From assembly GCA_037442925.1 (NCBI GenBank), contig JBBIPG010000047.1, positions 1-18,192 on the forward strand: a stretch of 18,192 nt of DNA, given 5' to 3'. The notes under the pieces were generated by a model. It was not told the DNA's origin, did no database searches, and was given only the letters and a program-made list of their open reading frames with translations. A program made the position numbers and the translations under genes. Position 1 is the stretch's first letter, and each line of letters opens with the position of its first letter. Positions 16,383 to 18,192 of this stretch are shown here, one piece after another. Source of the DNA: Candidatus Fraserbacteria bacterium. GTDB taxonomy: Bacteria; Bipolaricaulota; Bipolaricaulia; RBG-16-55-9.

Positions 16383-16712
16383 TCAAGGCATATTGGGGCG
16401 CACTTCTTGAAGATTCTCCTCTACTTCCTTTCGCTTCTGGTACCAGAACCTCAAGACGGGGATTTCGATTAGATTGAGCACGGCAAAGAGAGCAAACATT
16501 AGGGCGATGCCACGGTGGCCACTGGAGAAGGCGAGAAGAGACGTAAGCACAACGGCAAACCAGCTAGGCACGAAGGCGAGTGGCTTCCAGTAGAACAGGG
16601 CAACCCCGTAGAATGCCTCAAGAGCCAGACCCACCAGGAGTTGAGAGATTGCGCCGCCAGGGGAACTCAGAAAAGCTTGAATCGCTTCCAACGCCTCAAA
16701 CACCGTTGCCAT
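16383..16712 (-). CDS. Hypothetical small membrane protein (~3 TM), candidate immunity protein
   Basis: 109 aa, SD GAGG, hydrophobic segments with charged C-tail, 12 nt after upstream gene. Confidence 0.75.
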   Translation of the reverse strand: MATVFEALEAIQAFLSSPGGAISQLLVGLALEAFYGVALFYWKPLAFVPSWFAVVLTSLLAFSSGHRGIALMFALFAVLNLIEIPVLRFWYQKRKEVEENLQEVRPNMP

Positions 16713-16724
16713 AAGATATCCTCG

Positions 16725-17033
16725 CTAGAGTTCCGCTCGGCGTCCGATCCGGTATTTGCTCAAAAAAGCATATCCCTGTATCACCAAGAGAGCTGTCAAG
16801 AGTCCCACAATGAAATAGTGGCCAGCATTGGCAGCAAGAACGATCCATGTAATGGCCCAGAGGATGTGGAGGATGATGAGTGGGAATAGCTTTACTTTCC
16901 GTTCCGCATGGGTTCTGAATCGTTTCCAATCTTGGAAGATCAGTAGGAAGCCTGATATCATCAACGAGATGCCTCCTATTAGGTAAAGCCAGCTTCCATA
17001 GTGCTGAACCAGATTGTTTATGAAATCCATCAA
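16725..17033 (-). CDS. Hypothetical small membrane protein (~3 TM), candidate immunity protein
   Basis: SD AGGAGGT at 17041-17047 positions the start at TTG 17033 or ATG 17030 (not GTG 17042); three hydrophobic helices, basic loop and tail. Confidence 0.8.
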   Translation of the reverse strand: MMDFINNLVQHYGSWLYLIGGISLMISGFLLIFQDWKRFRTHAERKVKLFPLIILHILWAITWIVLAANAGHYFIVGLLTALLVIQGYAFLSKYRIGRRAEL

Positions 17034-17047
17034 TTGCGACACCTCCT

Positions 17048-17956
17048 TTAAGGTTCAGGGCATGTGGGAGAACAGCCCGATGGGGGAGGTGGGTCTTCAT
17101 CAGTGGTGGTGCCGCTGCTGCTTCCTCCACCTGCACAACTGGAACAGGCACTGGCTGTGAGAACTGATCCGATTGCGAATGGAACAAGTACAGTCACGCA
17201 CCCGATTATGCCAAAGGCGCAACGAAGGAGATTCCACTTGCCGTACTCAAGCCCCGCTACGCCCAGTGCACAAGCTGAACAGGGATCAAGGAAATGTGCC
17301 TTAACCAAACCTTGCGAAGAAGCGCCGTTGGTAACAGATGGGAGGGTAGACGCTGTCTGAAATGCGAATTCCGTGTTTTTCTCTACAAGCCGGAGCAGAT
17401 TGTCGCCAAGAGTCCAGAGCGGATTGCCCTTGTCTTTCTGGAGCCCCGTAGCAAGCTGCTGAGAGGCTCTGCTCTCATCGCTATAGACGAGAGGGGCAAT
17501 AAGTATATTCTGTCCCTTCCAATGAATGCTGAGGCTGTGGGCACGGAATGCTGTGCGGTATCTCGATCTCACCTTTCCGTAATTTCGAACGATCTCATCG
17601 TGGACCTGTGACCTCTTTTCTGGATCAAGAAGGTCTACTAAATCAGAGGGACTAATGCCTATCGACTTCACGGCTTCGGAGATTCGCTGCAGTTGACTGG
17701 GAGCTATCCTAGAGCGGATCGTAAGCAAATCATCCTGTGAGCTTGCATAGGAGATCCATCTCCCTTGGCCAGCAAGGATTCGATTATATATGCCGCGTCC
17801 GCCTTGGAGCGAATTGAAGATGATATCGAACCCATACATCTGGTCTCGCCAGGAGACAGCTCTTACTGTGAGCTTCTCGTCTCCCGCCAGGAGGACTGCT
17901 TGTTGCTCACCAAAGAACAAACCATCCCCTCGACCCGGTAGTGCTAACAACACCAT
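17048..17956 (-). CDS. Hypothetical protein with C-terminal Cys-rich hydrophobic domain (bacteriocin/halocin-C8-like precursor body)
   Basis: 302-aa ORF; all 8 Cys in last ~80 aa (CxxC...C...C...CxxC...CxxxC); probably the frameshifted continuation of 17907..18128. Confidence 0.75.
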   Translation of the reverse strand: MVLLALPGRGDGLFFGEQQAVLLAGDEKLTVRAVSWRDQMYGFDIIFNSLQGGRGIYNRILAGQGRWISYASSQDDLLTIRSRIAPSQLQRISEAVKSIGISPSDLVDLLDPEKRSQVHDEIVRNYGKVRSRYRTAFRAHSLSIHWKGQNILIAPLVYSDESRASQQLATGLQKDKGNPLWTLGDNLLRLVEKNTEFAFQTASTLPSVTNGASSQGLVKAHFLDPCSACALGVAGLEYGKWNLLRCAFGIIGCVTVLVPFAIGSVLTASACSSCAGGGSSSGTTTDEDPPPPSGCSPTCPEP

Positions 17957-18128
17957 TCACTCCCTGTCTTGTTACATCCCGGTCGAAACCCAGGAACTGC
18001 GTACACCCCGTCAGCCCACCCAGCGCCATCAACCCGGTCCCGACTCCCATGGCCCGAAGCACCTTTCTACGTGTGAGTCCTCCCCGACCTTCCTTGACCT
18101 CTTCGTATGTCTCTTTGCCACAGCACAT
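17907..18128 (-). CDS. Tat signal peptide + lipobox-containing N-terminal ORF
   Basis: SD AAGGAGGT 7 nt before ATG; LTRRKVL twin-arginine motif, h-region, LTGC lipobox; ends ~30 aa after the Cys. Confidence 0.75.
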   Translation of the reverse strand: MCCGKETYEEVKEGRGGLTRRKVLRAMGVGTGLMALGGLTGCTQFLGFDRDVTRQGVNGVVSTTGSRGWFVLW

Positions 18129-18166
18129 GACTTGTACCTCCTTCTTTGGCGAACTTCAAGTCCACC

Positions 18167-18192
18167 GGTAAGGTAAGGTAAGGTAAGGTAAG
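18167..18192. repeat. Pentanucleotide tandem repeat (GGTAA)5+, truncated by window end
   Basis: Five perfect GGTAA units plus G at the end of the sequence. Confidence 0.9.

Noticed and set aside
16696..17187. 163-aa minus ORF
   Set aside because: Overlaps two better-supported genes in another frame, one with a strong SD.
18167..18192. 5-nt periodic repeat as a TRAP binding site
   Set aside because: Triplets are AAG rather than GAG/UAG, lie on the non-transcribed strand for these genes and are ~3 kb from trpB.

Overview
Bacterial chromosomal window in which every credible gene is on the minus strand. Reading in transcription order (right to left), it has three blocks. (1) An accessory block (~15.3-18.2 kb), visibly more AT-rich than the rest: a Tat-lipoprotein N-terminus split by a +1 frame change from a 302-aa body with a Cys-rich hydrophobic C-terminus, two small 3-TM proteins and a CPBP/Abi intramembrane protease. 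Together these resemble a bacteriocin/halocin-C8-like precursor plus immunity/processing cassette. (2) A trpB-trpA-aroK-aroB-aroQ operon in which both tryptophan synthase subunits are intact ORFs but have lost key catalytic or substrate-binding residues (TrpB PLP lysine to Thr; TrpA phosphate-binding motifs). It is preceded by a small hydrophobic ORF and 11-bp phased repeats, and followed by a 59-aa ribbon-helix-helix gene missing from the ORF track. (3) The core cluster tRNA-Thr/Tyr/Thr, tuf, rpmG, tRNA-Trp, secE, nusG, rplK, rplA, rplJ, rplL, rpoB. It has several oddities: a non-canonical EF-Tu switch I, a Thermotoga-type large NusG, no spacer for an L10 leader, a divergent rifampicin pocket and fork loop 2, and an ArsB/NhaD transporter where rpoC normally sits. 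The overall character suggests a deep-branching lineage such as Bipolaricaulota (Acetothermia/OP1); this is inference only.
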